Source: a virus (lineage: Duplodnaviria > Caudoviricetes). From it: a DNA stretch of 64,000 nucleotides. A program made the translations under genes and the position numbers. Within the stretch, counting starts at the first letter, position 1, and each line of letters begins with the position of its first letter. Below, piece after piece: positions 50,558-59,967 of the stretch. The notes under the pieces were generated by a model that was given only the letters and a program-made list of their open reading frames with translations, made no database searches and was not told where the DNA came from. The stretch is from positions 2,408 to 66,407 of the IMG/VR virus record IMGVR_UViG_3300021598_001506; one strand, 5' to 3'.

Positions 50558-52150
50558 ATGAGTGAATACAAAGAGTACACAGTTACTACAGAAAGTTTAG
50601 AGCTTACTGATGCTGTGTGGGATGCTCTGCTTACTGAGGGGAGTAATTTAACTACTATCCCTATTAGAGCCGTGGAAGTGGCAAACGAGAGACCAGAAAA
50701 CCCTCTAAACACTTCATACTGGCTAACAGATAGAGAAGCAGAGTTTCTAAGACAAGACCCTCGCGTTTCTGATGTACAAGACTTAAGCATTTTTAAACCA
50801 CAAAAGTTAGCTTTTCAAACTGGAACTTTTGATAAAACTACAAATGAGACTGGTCCTAAAGTTAACTGGGGATTGTTAAGACATTCAAAGCCAGCAAATG
50901 TTTATGGAACCAGCCTTCTAGACCCAGGTGGAACCTATGACTATGTTTTAGATGGTTCCAACGTTGATGTTGTCATCATAGATAGTGGTATTCAAGCCAA
51001 TCATCCAGAGTTTTTATACCCTGACGGTAGTGGTGCAAGCAGAGTAAACCTTGTAGATTGGTTTGCAGTTAGTGGTGTCTCTGGAAGTATGCCTTCTGGC
51101 TTTTATCAAGACTATGACGGTCATGGAACTCATGTGGCGGCGACTGTTGCTGGTCTTAATTTTGGATGGGCAAAAAATGCAAGAATTTATTCTATAAAGC
51201 TTGAGGGCTTGAAAGCTCCAAGCGACCCTGGATCAGGTTTTGATGTTGACACCGCTTTTGATGTACTAATTGGTTGGCACAACAACAAAACAAATGGAAG
51301 ACCTACTGTTGTTGTCAACAGCTGGGGGTACGGGGTATTTCATAGAGCTGATTTAGAAGCTTTTTCATTTGGACTAGATGAGTCAGAAACTCTTTATGCT
51401 ATAAATGGAGGAGCCTACCGAGGTGTTACTTGGGAAGGTACTGTATTAGACACTGCAAAAGGTCACACTGGTGCTCTTGTTGCCCCATCTACTTATAGAT
51501 ACCCATTTAGAGTTGCTGCTGTTGATGCTGACATTAGAACTGGTGCTGAAGCTGGAATTTTATTTGTCAACGCTGCTGGAAATGAATACATAAAAATTGA
51601 TGTCCAAGGTGGAATTGATTACAACAATTACATCACTACTGACTTCGGTGCTTTTACATATCATAGAGGTGGTACACCAGGAGCTAGTATTACAGCACGA
51701 GAGAGTGTTTTCACTGTAGGTTCTATTGACCATCAAACAGTCACTGGAACTTCTACAGAGAGAAAGTCAAACTTTAGTAACTCTGGTCCAGGAGTGACAG
51801 TTTATGCCGCTGGGTCAAGAATTATGAGTGCAATGAGCCAAGTTAATGACGATAACTCTAACTACCCATACTTTTTAAATGGGTCTTTTAAACAACAACT
51901 TTTGTCTGGCACCTCCATGGCAGCTCCTCAAATTGCAGGGATAGCGGCTCTTGTATACCAAATGCACCCAGATTGGACCCCAAGACAGGTCATTAACTTC
52001 ATCAAAGATAAGTCATTTTCTAGTCTTTTTAAGACAGACCTTACAAACGACTATACGAATGTCCATAGCGTACATGGCGGGGCTAACCTGATAGCCTACG
52101 TACCTATGGCTTCACAAAGAAAATTCTCCTTCCAAAGAGCCACGGTATAG
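50558..52150 (+). CDS. subtilisin-family (S8) serine protease
   Basis: VVIIDSG (Asp), GHGTHVA (His), AAGN (oxyanion Asn) and GTSMAAPQIAG (Ser); N-terminal prodomain. Confidence 0.93.
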   Translation: MSEYKEYTVTTESLELTDAVWDALLTEGSNLTTIPIRAVEVANERPENPLNTSYWLTDREAEFLRQDPRVSDVQDLSIFKPQKLAFQTGTFDKTTNETGPKVNWGLLRHSKPANVYGTSLLDPGGTYDYVLDGSNVDVVIIDSGIQANHPEFLYPDGSGASRVNLVDWFAVSGVSGSMPSGFYQDYDGHGTHVAATVAGLNFGWAKNARIYSIKLEGLKAPSDPGSGFDVDTAFDVLIGWHNNKTNGRPTVVVNSWGYGVFHRADLEAFSFGLDESETLYAINGGAYRGVTWEGTVLDTAKGHTGALVAPSTYRYPFRVAAVDADIRTGAEAGILFVNAAGNEYIKIDVQGGIDYNNYITTDFGAFTYHRGGTPGASITARESVFTVGSIDHQTVTGTSTERKSNFSNSGPGVTVYAAGSRIMSAMSQVNDDNSNYPYFLNGSFKQQLLSGTSMAAPQIAGIAALVYQMHPDWTPRQVINFIKDKSFSSLFKTDLTNDYTNVHSVHGGANLIAYVPMASQRKFSFQRATV

Positions 52151-52200
52151 GATTTTAAAGGTATAATTATGAGAAAAGCTGACGAAGTAAGGAGCGACAA

Positions 52201-53787
52201 ATGGCAGCAAAACGCTTAGGTCTTGCTACTCCCAATGCAAACATAGCTACTCTGCTTGCTACCAACGACACAGTTGGTGTTGCTTCTGTAATTGTTTCAA
52301 ACAGAGCTAATATTCAGAGTCTTGTTACTATCTATGTTGAACCAGCCGAAGCCCTCGGTGTAGAGGCAACTCGTTCCTACATTGTCGACAATTTGGCTGT
52401 TTCTGTGGGCCAATCTTTTGAGACATTTAGATTTGCTTTAAATGCTGGAGACCAAATTTGGGTTAAGTCCAGCACATCTCTTGCTAATTTTTCTGCAACT
52501 CTTGTTTATGACCAAGCTGGTAGAGCAAATATAACTTATTCTTCAAATCAACCAGGATTTCCTTCTGTAGGAGATATTTGGATTGATTCTGATACTCAGG
52601 AAGTTAATTTTTATACGGGTTCAGGATTTAATACTGTAGCAAGTATTGCTCCTTCAGGTCCTACAGGTCCTGCTGGCCCATCTGGTCCTACTGGCCCATC
52701 GGGACCTACTGGTCCTCAGGGGTCTAGCGTTCGTATTCTTGGAACATATGCAACTCTTAATCTTCTTCAAGCTGATAACCCAATTGGTGCAATTGGAGAT
52801 GCTTATGTTGTTGCTTCAGAATTTGTTTACGCATGGTCAGACCTTAACCAAGAGTGGGCGCTTGTTGGTCCAATTGGTGTAACTGGCCCAGCTGGTCCTA
52901 CTGGTGCGACTGGTCCTCAGGGTATTGGTGGAGCAGATGGTGCAACAGGTGCTACTGGTCCTGCTGGTGAACCAGGAGGCCCTACTGGTGCTGCTGGTCC
53001 AACAGGTCCGACAGGTTCACTTGGACCTACTGGTCCAACTGGTCCTGAGGGACCCACTGGTCCAACAGGTTCTATTGGTGAGACAGGTATAGTTTCTGGT
53101 GCAGTTCCTCCAGCCGATGTATCAAGTATCTGGGTGGATACAACTGTAGATTCAGCAATTCTTATTCACGCTGCAACGCACGCTGTCGGTGGCGGTGATG
53201 AGTTAACTCTTGCTACAAGTCAAATTACAGGTTTGAATACAAGACTTGGTGATTTAGACGTTCTAACTAATGGTGAAGGCAGCATTGATAGAAAAGCTCC
53301 ACTCACTGGTGTTGCATATGGAGCATCAGGAAACCTTATTCTAACTTATCGTCGAGCAATCAAAACAGAAACTATTACAAAACTTTCTATGGCTTGCGGT
53401 ACTGCTGCTGGTGCAACCCCAACACTAGTGAAATATGGAATCTATTCAGTAAATGACTCTACTGGAGATTTAACTTTGGTAGCGTCTACTGCAAACGACA
53501 CATCAATTTTTTCAACCGCTAACAGCGCTTTTGAAGTTAACTTAACTTCATCATTTACCAAGACAGCTGGTAATTTGTATGCATATGCAGTTGTACTGGT
53601 GAGCACACAAACGCTTCCTACAGTTATTGGTCACGCACATGTTGCATCTGCTGGTGTTAACGCAATCTTGGCTTTACCTCCAAGAATTACAGGTCTAGTT
53701 GCTGCTCAGACAGATTTACCAAGTTCTATTTCTGCAGGTTCTATAACAGCTTCTAACCGTGCACTGTGGACGCACGCCCTACCTTAA
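52201..53787 (+). CDS. collagen-like protein
   Basis: N-domain paralogous to 48152; GPT tracts; HAATHA.GG.D motif. Confidence 0.82.
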   Translation: MAAKRLGLATPNANIATLLATNDTVGVASVIVSNRANIQSLVTIYVEPAEALGVEATRSYIVDNLAVSVGQSFETFRFALNAGDQIWVKSSTSLANFSATLVYDQAGRANITYSSNQPGFPSVGDIWIDSDTQEVNFYTGSGFNTVASIAPSGPTGPAGPSGPTGPSGPTGPQGSSVRILGTYATLNLLQADNPIGAIGDAYVVASEFVYAWSDLNQEWALVGPIGVTGPAGPTGATGPQGIGGADGATGATGPAGEPGGPTGAAGPTGPTGSLGPTGPTGPEGPTGPTGSIGETGIVSGAVPPADVSSIWVDTTVDSAILIHAATHAVGGGDELTLATSQITGLNTRLGDLDVLTNGEGSIDRKAPLTGVAYGASGNLILTYRRAIKTETITKLSMACGTAAGATPTLVKYGIYSVNDSTGDLTLVASTANDTSIFSTANSAFEVNLTSSFTKTAGNLYAYAVVLVSTQTLPTVIGHAHVASAGVNAILALPPRITGLVAAQTDLPSSISAGSITASNRALWTHALP

Positions 53788-53806
53788 GAGTCAATAGGAG
53801 AATAAA

Positions 53807-54268
53807 ATGCCAGTCTTAAAAAAATATGATCTTAACGATCAAATTTGGAAGCCTATTGCTGTTGGAGCCACTGGACCTACAGGACCTACTGGCTTTGTTG
53901 GGCCTACTGGACCAACTGGAGCTCAAGGTATAACTGGTCCTCAGGGAGATTGGTCAACTGCTCAACCTATCGTTACAAAAAGCGCTTCTTTTATTTTAGA
54001 GCTAACTAATGCTGGAAAAATTTTAAAATGTGATAGCGGCGCTTCTATGGTCGCAACAATACCTGTTGAGGCATCAGTTGCTTTTCAAGACGGTCAGAAA
54101 ATCGATTTTATTCAGTATGGAGCAGGTCAGCTCACCATTGCTGGAGCAGTCGGTGTGACAGTGAGAGCAACTCCAACTAATAAATTGAGAGCTCCTTACT
54201 CTGTAGCTTCTGCGGTAAAAATTGGAACTAACGAGTGGATTCTCGTCGGAGACTTGGCGCTAGTTTAA
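53807..54268 (+). CDS. short collagen-like protein
   Basis: GPT tract; C-terminal YSVAS..KIGTNEW.L.GDL shared with 35554. Confidence 0.8.
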   Translation: MPVLKKYDLNDQIWKPIAVGATGPTGPTGFVGPTGPTGAQGITGPQGDWSTAQPIVTKSASFILELTNAGKILKCDSGASMVATIPVEASVAFQDGQKIDFIQYGAGQLTIAGAVGVTVRATPTNKLRAPYSVASAVKIGTNEWILVGDLALV

Positions 54269-54269
54269 A

Positions 54270-54899
54270 ATGCCAATAAATGTCGGGTCTATTGCTGGTG
54301 CAGGTTATTTAAAAAATCCTGCCGAAGCTTTTAATTTAGATTACAGGGTTAATTATATTAAAAACCCGACTTTTGAAGTAGATATCTCTGACTGGACACC
54401 TTTTGCTGGGACTACATTAGTAAGAGATACAAACGAATTTAACACAGGTTCGGCTTGTCTTAAAGTTACAAACACCTCTGGAGGAGGTGTTCAAACAGTC
54501 GAAAGAATTGCATTTATTGACACCGCAGAAGAGTGGACTGTCAGCGCTTATGTGAAACTTGACACTCTAAATGACAATGCGACCTACTATCTTCGTCATC
54601 TTCAATACACTACAAGCACTGCTTCAGCTGCTATATCTAGTGGAAATATTGGAATTCAAGCTCTAACTAGTGCTGACGGCTGGGTTAGATTGAGCGGGTC
54701 TTTTACTAGAACTTCTGGAGCTAACTTTTTTGCATTAAGAATTGTGACCACTTCAGCATCTAATACAGACGTATTTTTTGTTGACTCTGTTATGGCAGAA
54801 AGGTCTTCTACTTTGGGGACCTATTTTGATGGCTCACTAGACGGATTTTGGACTGGAACCCCCCACTCAAGCTATAGCGGTGCTACCCCATACGTGTAA
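54270..54899 (+). CDS. carbohydrate-binding-module-like structural protein
   Basis: NYIKNPTFE...W, SAYVK, W.RLS, VDSVM.E and YFDG motifs seen in phage tail CBM-like domains. Confidence 0.65.
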   Translation: MPINVGSIAGAGYLKNPAEAFNLDYRVNYIKNPTFEVDISDWTPFAGTTLVRDTNEFNTGSACLKVTNTSGGGVQTVERIAFIDTAEEWTVSAYVKLDTLNDNATYYLRHLQYTTSTASAAISSGNIGIQALTSADGWVRLSGSFTRTSGANFFALRIVTTSASNTDVFFVDSVMAERSSTLGTYFDGSLDGFWTGTPHSSYSGATPYV

Positions 54900-54931
54900 T
54901 TTAAGGTAAGCTATTTCACGAAAGGACGAAA

Positions 54932-55507
54932 ATGACATATCCCAACTGGTTTGAAAATGATGGTCAAGAGAACTTTAAAAACCATCTACTAGAGTTTTTA
55001 AATAAACCTGCTCGAATGTTGCAAATAGGTGCATACACAGGGGATGCTTCTGTGTGGCTTTGGGACAACATACTACGTCACAACCCAGACTCGGTGTTGA
55101 TTGATGTGGACACGTGGGAGGGTTCTGACGAACCTGTTCATAATCAGATGAACTGGGAGTCTGTAGAAAGTTTTTATGATGTAAAAACTTTAGTAGGGCA
55201 GCAGAGCAAAAAAATTATTAAAGTCAAGTCTACAAGTGATTGGTTCTTTAAAAATAATCTAGAGAAGTATGACTTTGTGTATGTTGATGGAGACCATACT
55301 TCCTATGGTGTAATAAAGGATGCAATAAGCGCTTACGAGTGTTTAAATGTAAATGGAATAATAGCTTTTGATGACTATCAATGGTCCGCTGGGCTTGGCT
55401 ATTTAAACGAGCCAAAATTGGCAATAGACGCGTTTAGTACAATTTATTCAGACCGACTCGAACTTTTAGTTGACGGGTATCAGCGTTGGTATAGAAAAAT
55501 AAGATAG
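54932..55507 (+). CDS. class I SAM-dependent methyltransferase (Methyltransf_24-like)
   Basis: QIGAYTG.AS, VDTW.GS, YDFVYVDGDH and GIIAFDDY motifs. Confidence 0.85.
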   Translation: MTYPNWFENDGQENFKNHLLEFLNKPARMLQIGAYTGDASVWLWDNILRHNPDSVLIDVDTWEGSDEPVHNQMNWESVESFYDVKTLVGQQSKKIIKVKSTSDWFFKNNLEKYDFVYVDGDHTSYGVIKDAISAYECLNVNGIIAFDDYQWSAGLGYLNEPKLAIDAFSTIYSDRLELLVDGYQRWYRKIR

Positions 55508-55516
55508 GGTGCTCAC

Positions 55517-56593
55517 ATGAAAGTAGCTATATACACAATCGCATTAAATGAACGACAGTTTGTTGATAAATGGTATGAAGCTTCAAAAGAAGCTGATTAC
55601 TTGTTAATAGCCGATACAGGCTCCACAGACGGCACCGTTGAGCGTGCAAAAGAGCTTGGAATTAATGTAGTTGATGTTCGAGTATCCCCTTGGCGTTTTG
55701 ATGACGCTAGAAACGCAGCAATGGCAGCTTTACCAATCGATATTGATATGTGTATCTCCCTTGATATGGATGAAGTAATTACTCCTAACTGGCGTCCACT
55801 GCTTGAAGCTGCATGGCAACGTGGAGTAACACGTCCTCGCTATAAGCACATTTGGTCTTGGAATGATGATGGAACTCCAGGTTTGGAATTCAGCTACGAC
55901 CACATCCACACTCGGAAAAATTACCGCTGGCGTCATCCAGTGCATGAGTGTCTATATGTTTACGGACGCGAAGAAGTGCAAGAATGGATTGAAGGTTTAG
56001 AAACTCACCATCACCCAGACCCAACAAAATCGCGCTCTCAGTATCTACCCTTGCTGGCTCTCTCTGTTCAAGAAGACCCATACAACGACCGCAATGCGTT
56101 CTACTATGGTCGAGAACTTTATTTCTATGGTCGCTACCAAGAAGCAGCAGTAGAGCTAAAGCGACACCTTGAACTCCCAACAGCTCGATGGGCACCAGAG
56201 CGTGCTGCATCAATGCGTTTTATTGGTAAGAGCCTTCCTGCAGAGGCAGAGATTTGGTTCCGTAAGGCTATTGATCAAGCTCCAGGACGCCGTGAACCTT
56301 TTGTTGATTTAGCAGAGTTGTACTATCAACGCAAGGACTGGCAGAAGTGTTATGAGGCAGCTAAAGATGCCATCGCTATTGCTGAAAAACCTTTAGAGTA
56401 TTTGTGCGAAGCAAAAGCATGGGGAGCAGCCCCGCATGATTTTGCTGCAATTTCTGCTTACTATTTAGGTAAGTTTGAAGAAGCAGTAGAGCATGCAAAG
56501 AACGCTTTTAGCATCGAGCCAGATAATGAAAGACTTGCAGAAAACCTTAAATTCTGTCTTAGCGCTATAAATCCAGAAGAAAAGAGTGTCTAG
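55517..56593 (+). CDS. GT2 glycosyltransferase with C-terminal TPR repeats
   Basis: IALNE, DTGSTDGT, FDDARN, SLDMDE (DxD), VHE; TPR-like helices. Confidence 0.9.
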   Translation: MKVAIYTIALNERQFVDKWYEASKEADYLLIADTGSTDGTVERAKELGINVVDVRVSPWRFDDARNAAMAALPIDIDMCISLDMDEVITPNWRPLLEAAWQRGVTRPRYKHIWSWNDDGTPGLEFSYDHIHTRKNYRWRHPVHECLYVYGREEVQEWIEGLETHHHPDPTKSRSQYLPLLALSVQEDPYNDRNAFYYGRELYFYGRYQEAAVELKRHLELPTARWAPERAASMRFIGKSLPAEAEIWFRKAIDQAPGRREPFVDLAELYYQRKDWQKCYEAAKDAIAIAEKPLEYLCEAKAWGAAPHDFAAISAYYLGKFEEAVEHAKNAFSIEPDNERLAENLKFCLSAINPEEKSV

Positions 56594-58098
56594 TGAAATT
56601 TGTAGTCTGCGGTGGTGGAACGGCTGGATGGCTTACCGCTCTAACCATTCACTCTAGTAACCCAAAGTTTCATGAAGTAGTGGTTATAGAATCACAAAAA
56701 ATAGGAATTATTGGAGCTGGAGAGGCTACAAGCGGTCTTCTCTATGATGTATTAGATGGCTCTACCTTATTTGGAAATAATCAAACAATAAATCCAAACA
56801 AAGTGGCTTTTGATTTTGCAGAGTTTGCTAAGAAAGTCGATGCTGTACCTAAGTATGCACTTAAGCACATCAACTGGGCTAAAGACAAAGGCTCTTATTG
56901 GGCACCAATTAACGGCTCAGAAACTTCTAAGCGCTCTCCTGACCATCTGTTTAATTATGTTGTAGCAGAGTTTGGTCCTGAAAAAGCTTATCTATCTTCT
57001 GTATTAGGGCAGTCTTATGATCTAAATAAACTCCCACCTTCTGGAGGTTATGGGTTCCAGTTTGATGCCCACAAAGTAGCTAAGTTTTTACGAGAGTATA
57101 TAACTACAACCACAAAAACTACTCATATAGATTCAATTATCAAGGATGTTACTGTCACTAGCGATGGTCTAGTTGAAAGCGTGACTATCGAAGATGGTCA
57201 AGTTATTGAAGGAGATTTCTTCATTGACGCTACTGGATTTGTTAGATTATTGGCAAACAAAGTTGGTATTGGGTGGACAGACTACAAAAACCAACTTCTT
57301 GTAGACAGAGCTATGCCTTTTATAGTTCCATACAAAGAAGAAGAAAAAGTACAACCTGTAACAGTTGCAGAAGCTCTCTCTTCTGGTTGGATGTGGCGAA
57401 CTCCTACAGGAGGCCGCCGAGGTTGTGGGTATGTCTATAGCAGTGCGTTTATTTCTGAAGATGAAGCTCAAAAAGAAGCTGAAAAAATTATGGGGCATCC
57501 TATCGAGCCAATTAAGCATATTAAATATGAATCAGGCCGAGTGGACCAATTTTGGAAAGGCAATGTTTTAGTAGTTGGCCTTGCAAGCTCTTTTATTGAA
57601 CCTTTAGAGGCAACCAGTATTCATGCAACTATTATGCAAATCTTTAGTTTCTGTCAAGAATATCTTTCAGATACAAAAGAGAAAACTTTAAACCCTGCCT
57701 CAATACAAAAATACAATGCTAAAACTGAAAAAATGTATGAATACTATAAAGACTTTACAGTGTTCCACTATCAAGGTGGAAGAGAAGATTCTGAGTTCTG
57801 GAAAACTATTAAGTTCGACAAGATTACCTCTCCTGCTGTAGAAAACTACATCGAGAGGTCAAAGAGCAGAATCCCAAGTGTTCTTCATTTTATGGATTTC
57901 TGGGGCGTTGATTCTCTGTGGAAGTGGACATTAGCTGGTCTTGGATATGTATCCAGAGAGCAAGCGATGGATGAGTTAGTTCAGTTTGACCAATTTGAAT
58001 ACGCTCAAAACCACTACAGAGCTTTTAGAGAAGACATGCGAAAAGCACATGAAAATAGTAGACCTTTTGAGATGAATCCGAAAGACTTTATTATTTAA
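56593..58098 (+). CDS. tryptophan-halogenase-family flavoprotein
   Basis: GGGTAGW, GAGEAT, candidate catalytic Lys in AVPKYAL, FIDATGF, GWMWRTP and FIEPLEAT motifs. Confidence 0.88.
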   Translation: MKFVVCGGGTAGWLTALTIHSSNPKFHEVVVIESQKIGIIGAGEATSGLLYDVLDGSTLFGNNQTINPNKVAFDFAEFAKKVDAVPKYALKHINWAKDKGSYWAPINGSETSKRSPDHLFNYVVAEFGPEKAYLSSVLGQSYDLNKLPPSGGYGFQFDAHKVAKFLREYITTTTKTTHIDSIIKDVTVTSDGLVESVTIEDGQVIEGDFFIDATGFVRLLANKVGIGWTDYKNQLLVDRAMPFIVPYKEEEKVQPVTVAEALSSGWMWRTPTGGRRGCGYVYSSAFISEDEAQKEAEKIMGHPIEPIKHIKYESGRVDQFWKGNVLVVGLASSFIEPLEATSIHATIMQIFSFCQEYLSDTKEKTLNPASIQKYNAKTEKMYEYYKDFTVFHYQGGREDSEFWKTIKFDKITSPAVENYIERSKSRIPSVLHFMDFWGVDSLWKWTLAGLGYVSREQAMDELVQFDQFEYAQNHYRAFREDMRKAHENSRPFEMNPKDFII

Positions 58099-58639
58099 GT
58101 TGTTGCTTCTTAAGTTTTTTAGCTAAACGCTTTTTCTCCAGCTTTAGAGCTTTTTTCTCTCGAATGCGTGCTCTTTTTTCAGATTTATCAATACGCTCTT
58201 GTTTATAAGCTTCGATAGCATTTACGCTAGTTCGACTGCGCCAAGAAAAGCCACATACCGTACATGTGACTATCTTGGCGACAGTCCACCTACCACCACC
58301 AGGAATTTCCTGAGAACTTGTTTCTAGCTTTGACGGACGAGCTGAACAATAAGGACAGTGCGGGTATCTACGGCGTTTTATCTCTTCACCCTTGTAAGAG
58401 ACAGAGAGTGCTCGACGTATCTCGCTCTCGTCTTTGCCACCCCACGTACCCCAAATCTGTCGGTGCTCTAAAGCCCACTGCAAACACTGAGCCCGTACAG
58501 GGCATTCGTAGCAGAGGTTTTTTGCATCGTACTTTTGCTTAGGGTCTTTAGAAAAAAACCAGTCTTTGAAATGAGTATTTTGAGGCTGAGCACAAAGGGC
58601 TTCAGACTGCCATTCTATGTTGTTAGCTGGTTTCCACAC
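58091..58639 (-). CDS. whiB: WhiB-family regulator fused to a zinc ribbon and a Lys-rich tail
   Basis: C...CYECPVRAQC and WGTWGG; then CPYC...CTVC. Confidence 0.88.
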   Translation of the reverse strand: MWKPANNIEWQSEALCAQPQNTHFKDWFFSKDPKQKYDAKNLCYECPVRAQCLQWALEHRQIWGTWGGKDESEIRRALSVSYKGEEIKRRRYPHCPYCSARPSKLETSSQEIPGGGRWTVAKIVTCTVCGFSWRSRTSVNAIEAYKQERIDKSEKRARIREKKALKLEKKRLAKKLKKQQLK

Positions 58640-58701
58640 ATATTAGACTATATACTATAGAACCATAAAATAAGCAAGCAACACACTATAAAACTATAAA
58701 A

Positions 58702-59040
58702 CTATAATTCAACCCAAGTAAACTCAAAGACTTCTTCTACATACTCACCGTACTCGGTTTCACCATTTGCATCACAGAAGGTGTAATTATTTTCTCCTTC
58801 TATAATACCTGCCCAACCAATTTCTACATGTGAATCCACAATTGAATTGAAGCCATCTGATAGAGAATCAACTATGCCGTCTCTTTGCAGCGTTGATGCT
58901 AGACCTCTGCGAACTAGCTCATTTTCAAGATCAACATGCTCTTTAGTATAATAAATGCTATCAGTGTAAAGCTTTTGCTCGATGTAGCCTTCGCCATCCC
59001 AATGAATCCAGAGGGACTCGCCGATTCTTTTATCCTTCAT
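58702..59040 (-). CDS. hypothetical acidic protein
   Basis: 112-aa ORF in the operon; SD GGAG. Confidence 0.7.
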   Translation of the reverse strand: MKDKRIGESLWIHWDGEGYIEQKLYTDSIYYTKEHVDLENELVRRGLASTLQRDGIVDSLSDGFNSIVDSHVEIGWAGIIEGENNYTFCDANGETEYGEYVEEVFEFTWVEL

Positions 59041-59042
59041 GA

Positions 59043-59363
59043 CTACTCCCTATCTTCTCCATAGTAGCCACCAAGTTCGTCTTCTTGGTACTCATCTTCC
59101 TCATACATTCGAGGCTCTTCAGAGTCCGCAGAGAATACAATCTTGTGCTCTTTTACATCAAAAATCCCAGCGATTGTTATTTTCCCGCAAATGGAGCAAC
59201 TTTCAACTGTTCCTGTATTTATCTTTTGGGGGACATCTACACCTGATAAAGCCATTTTAATGTTGCCATGGTCATCCATACTGTGTGGCTCCCAGCGGGC
59301 GTGCTCTTTTAACCAGCACTGTTCACACACTGGTGTAGGAGTGACTATAGGTCCACCGCTCAT
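59043..59363 (-). CDS. hypothetical protein with two CxxC pairs
   Basis: CEQC and CSIC; acidic tail. Confidence 0.7.
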   Translation of the reverse strand: MSGGPIVTPTPVCEQCWLKEHARWEPHSMDDHGNIKMALSGVDVPQKINTGTVESCSICGKITIAGIFDVKEHKIVFSADSEEPRMYEEDEYQEDELGGYYGEDRE

Positions 59364-59372
59364 ACAATAATT

Positions 59373-59651
59373 TTACGCTGTTTTCTTGTAGGGGAATGGC
59401 CTACGTTTGCTCTTTATATGCTTCCTGTCGGCAGGGCTTAAACCGCCCCACAAACCAAACTCTTCGTTTTCTAATCCCCACAAAGCACATTCAACAAGAT
59501 GTGCGCAACTCTTACAGATTTTTCTAGCACCTTCGTAATTTATCTCTGGTGTTCCTGGCAAACTGGGTTCATCTCTATCTTCAGCAAAAAAGAAGTTTCC
59601 TCCTACCTGAGCACAAAGGGGGTCTTCATACTGCCAAGGCGGACGAATCAT
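59373..59651 (-). CDS. whiB: WhiB-family transcriptional regulator
   Basis: LCAQVG..FFF, ICKSC....EC and GLWGGLS. Confidence 0.92.
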   Translation of the reverse strand: MIRPPWQYEDPLCAQVGGNFFFAEDRDEPSLPGTPEINYEGARKICKSCAHLVECALWGLENEEFGLWGGLSPADRKHIKSKRRPFPYKKTA

Positions 59652-59658
59652 TTAGAAT

Positions 59659-59967
59659 TTATCCCTTCTTCTTCTTGTCTTCTCGAAGTCCTACTTCATA
59701 ACCACATCCAGCATAGCCAGCAATATCAATCCATGTGTCTGGTTGGAAATCACCTTTATTTGCATAGCGAGCCATTTTCAAACCCACCATCATCATTGCT
59801 ACATCTTCATTTGAAATAGGAATTCCAAGAATTACAGACCAAATTTTTGCTGTTCTGTCGAAGTTATCTTCAGGGTCTCCATAATTGGTGTTTCTATCAG
59901 TAGAGATGATACGAGCTGCTTCTCTAAGAGCTTCTATGCGTGGGGGTGTTACTTCATTTTCTGACAT
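59659..59967 (-). CDS. DUF6378-like phage protein
   Basis: R...YGDP.DNF..TA.IWS, LKMAR and D.WIDIAGYA motifs. Confidence 0.8.
   Translation of the reverse strand: MSENEVTPPRIEALREAARIISTDRNTNYGDPEDNFDRTAKIWSVILGIPISNEDVAMMMVGLKMARYANKGDFQPDTWIDIAGYAGCGYEVGLREDKKKKG

Noticed and set aside
29681-53092. Numerous antisense and alternate-frame ORFs over the collagen and Gly-rich genes
   Set aside because: Artefacts of triplet periodicity lacking stop codons; low-complexity translations with no independent support
58685-58707. ACTATAAA x3 tandem as possible iterons
   Set aside because: Too short and AT-rich; overlaps a stop codon; no other origin evidence
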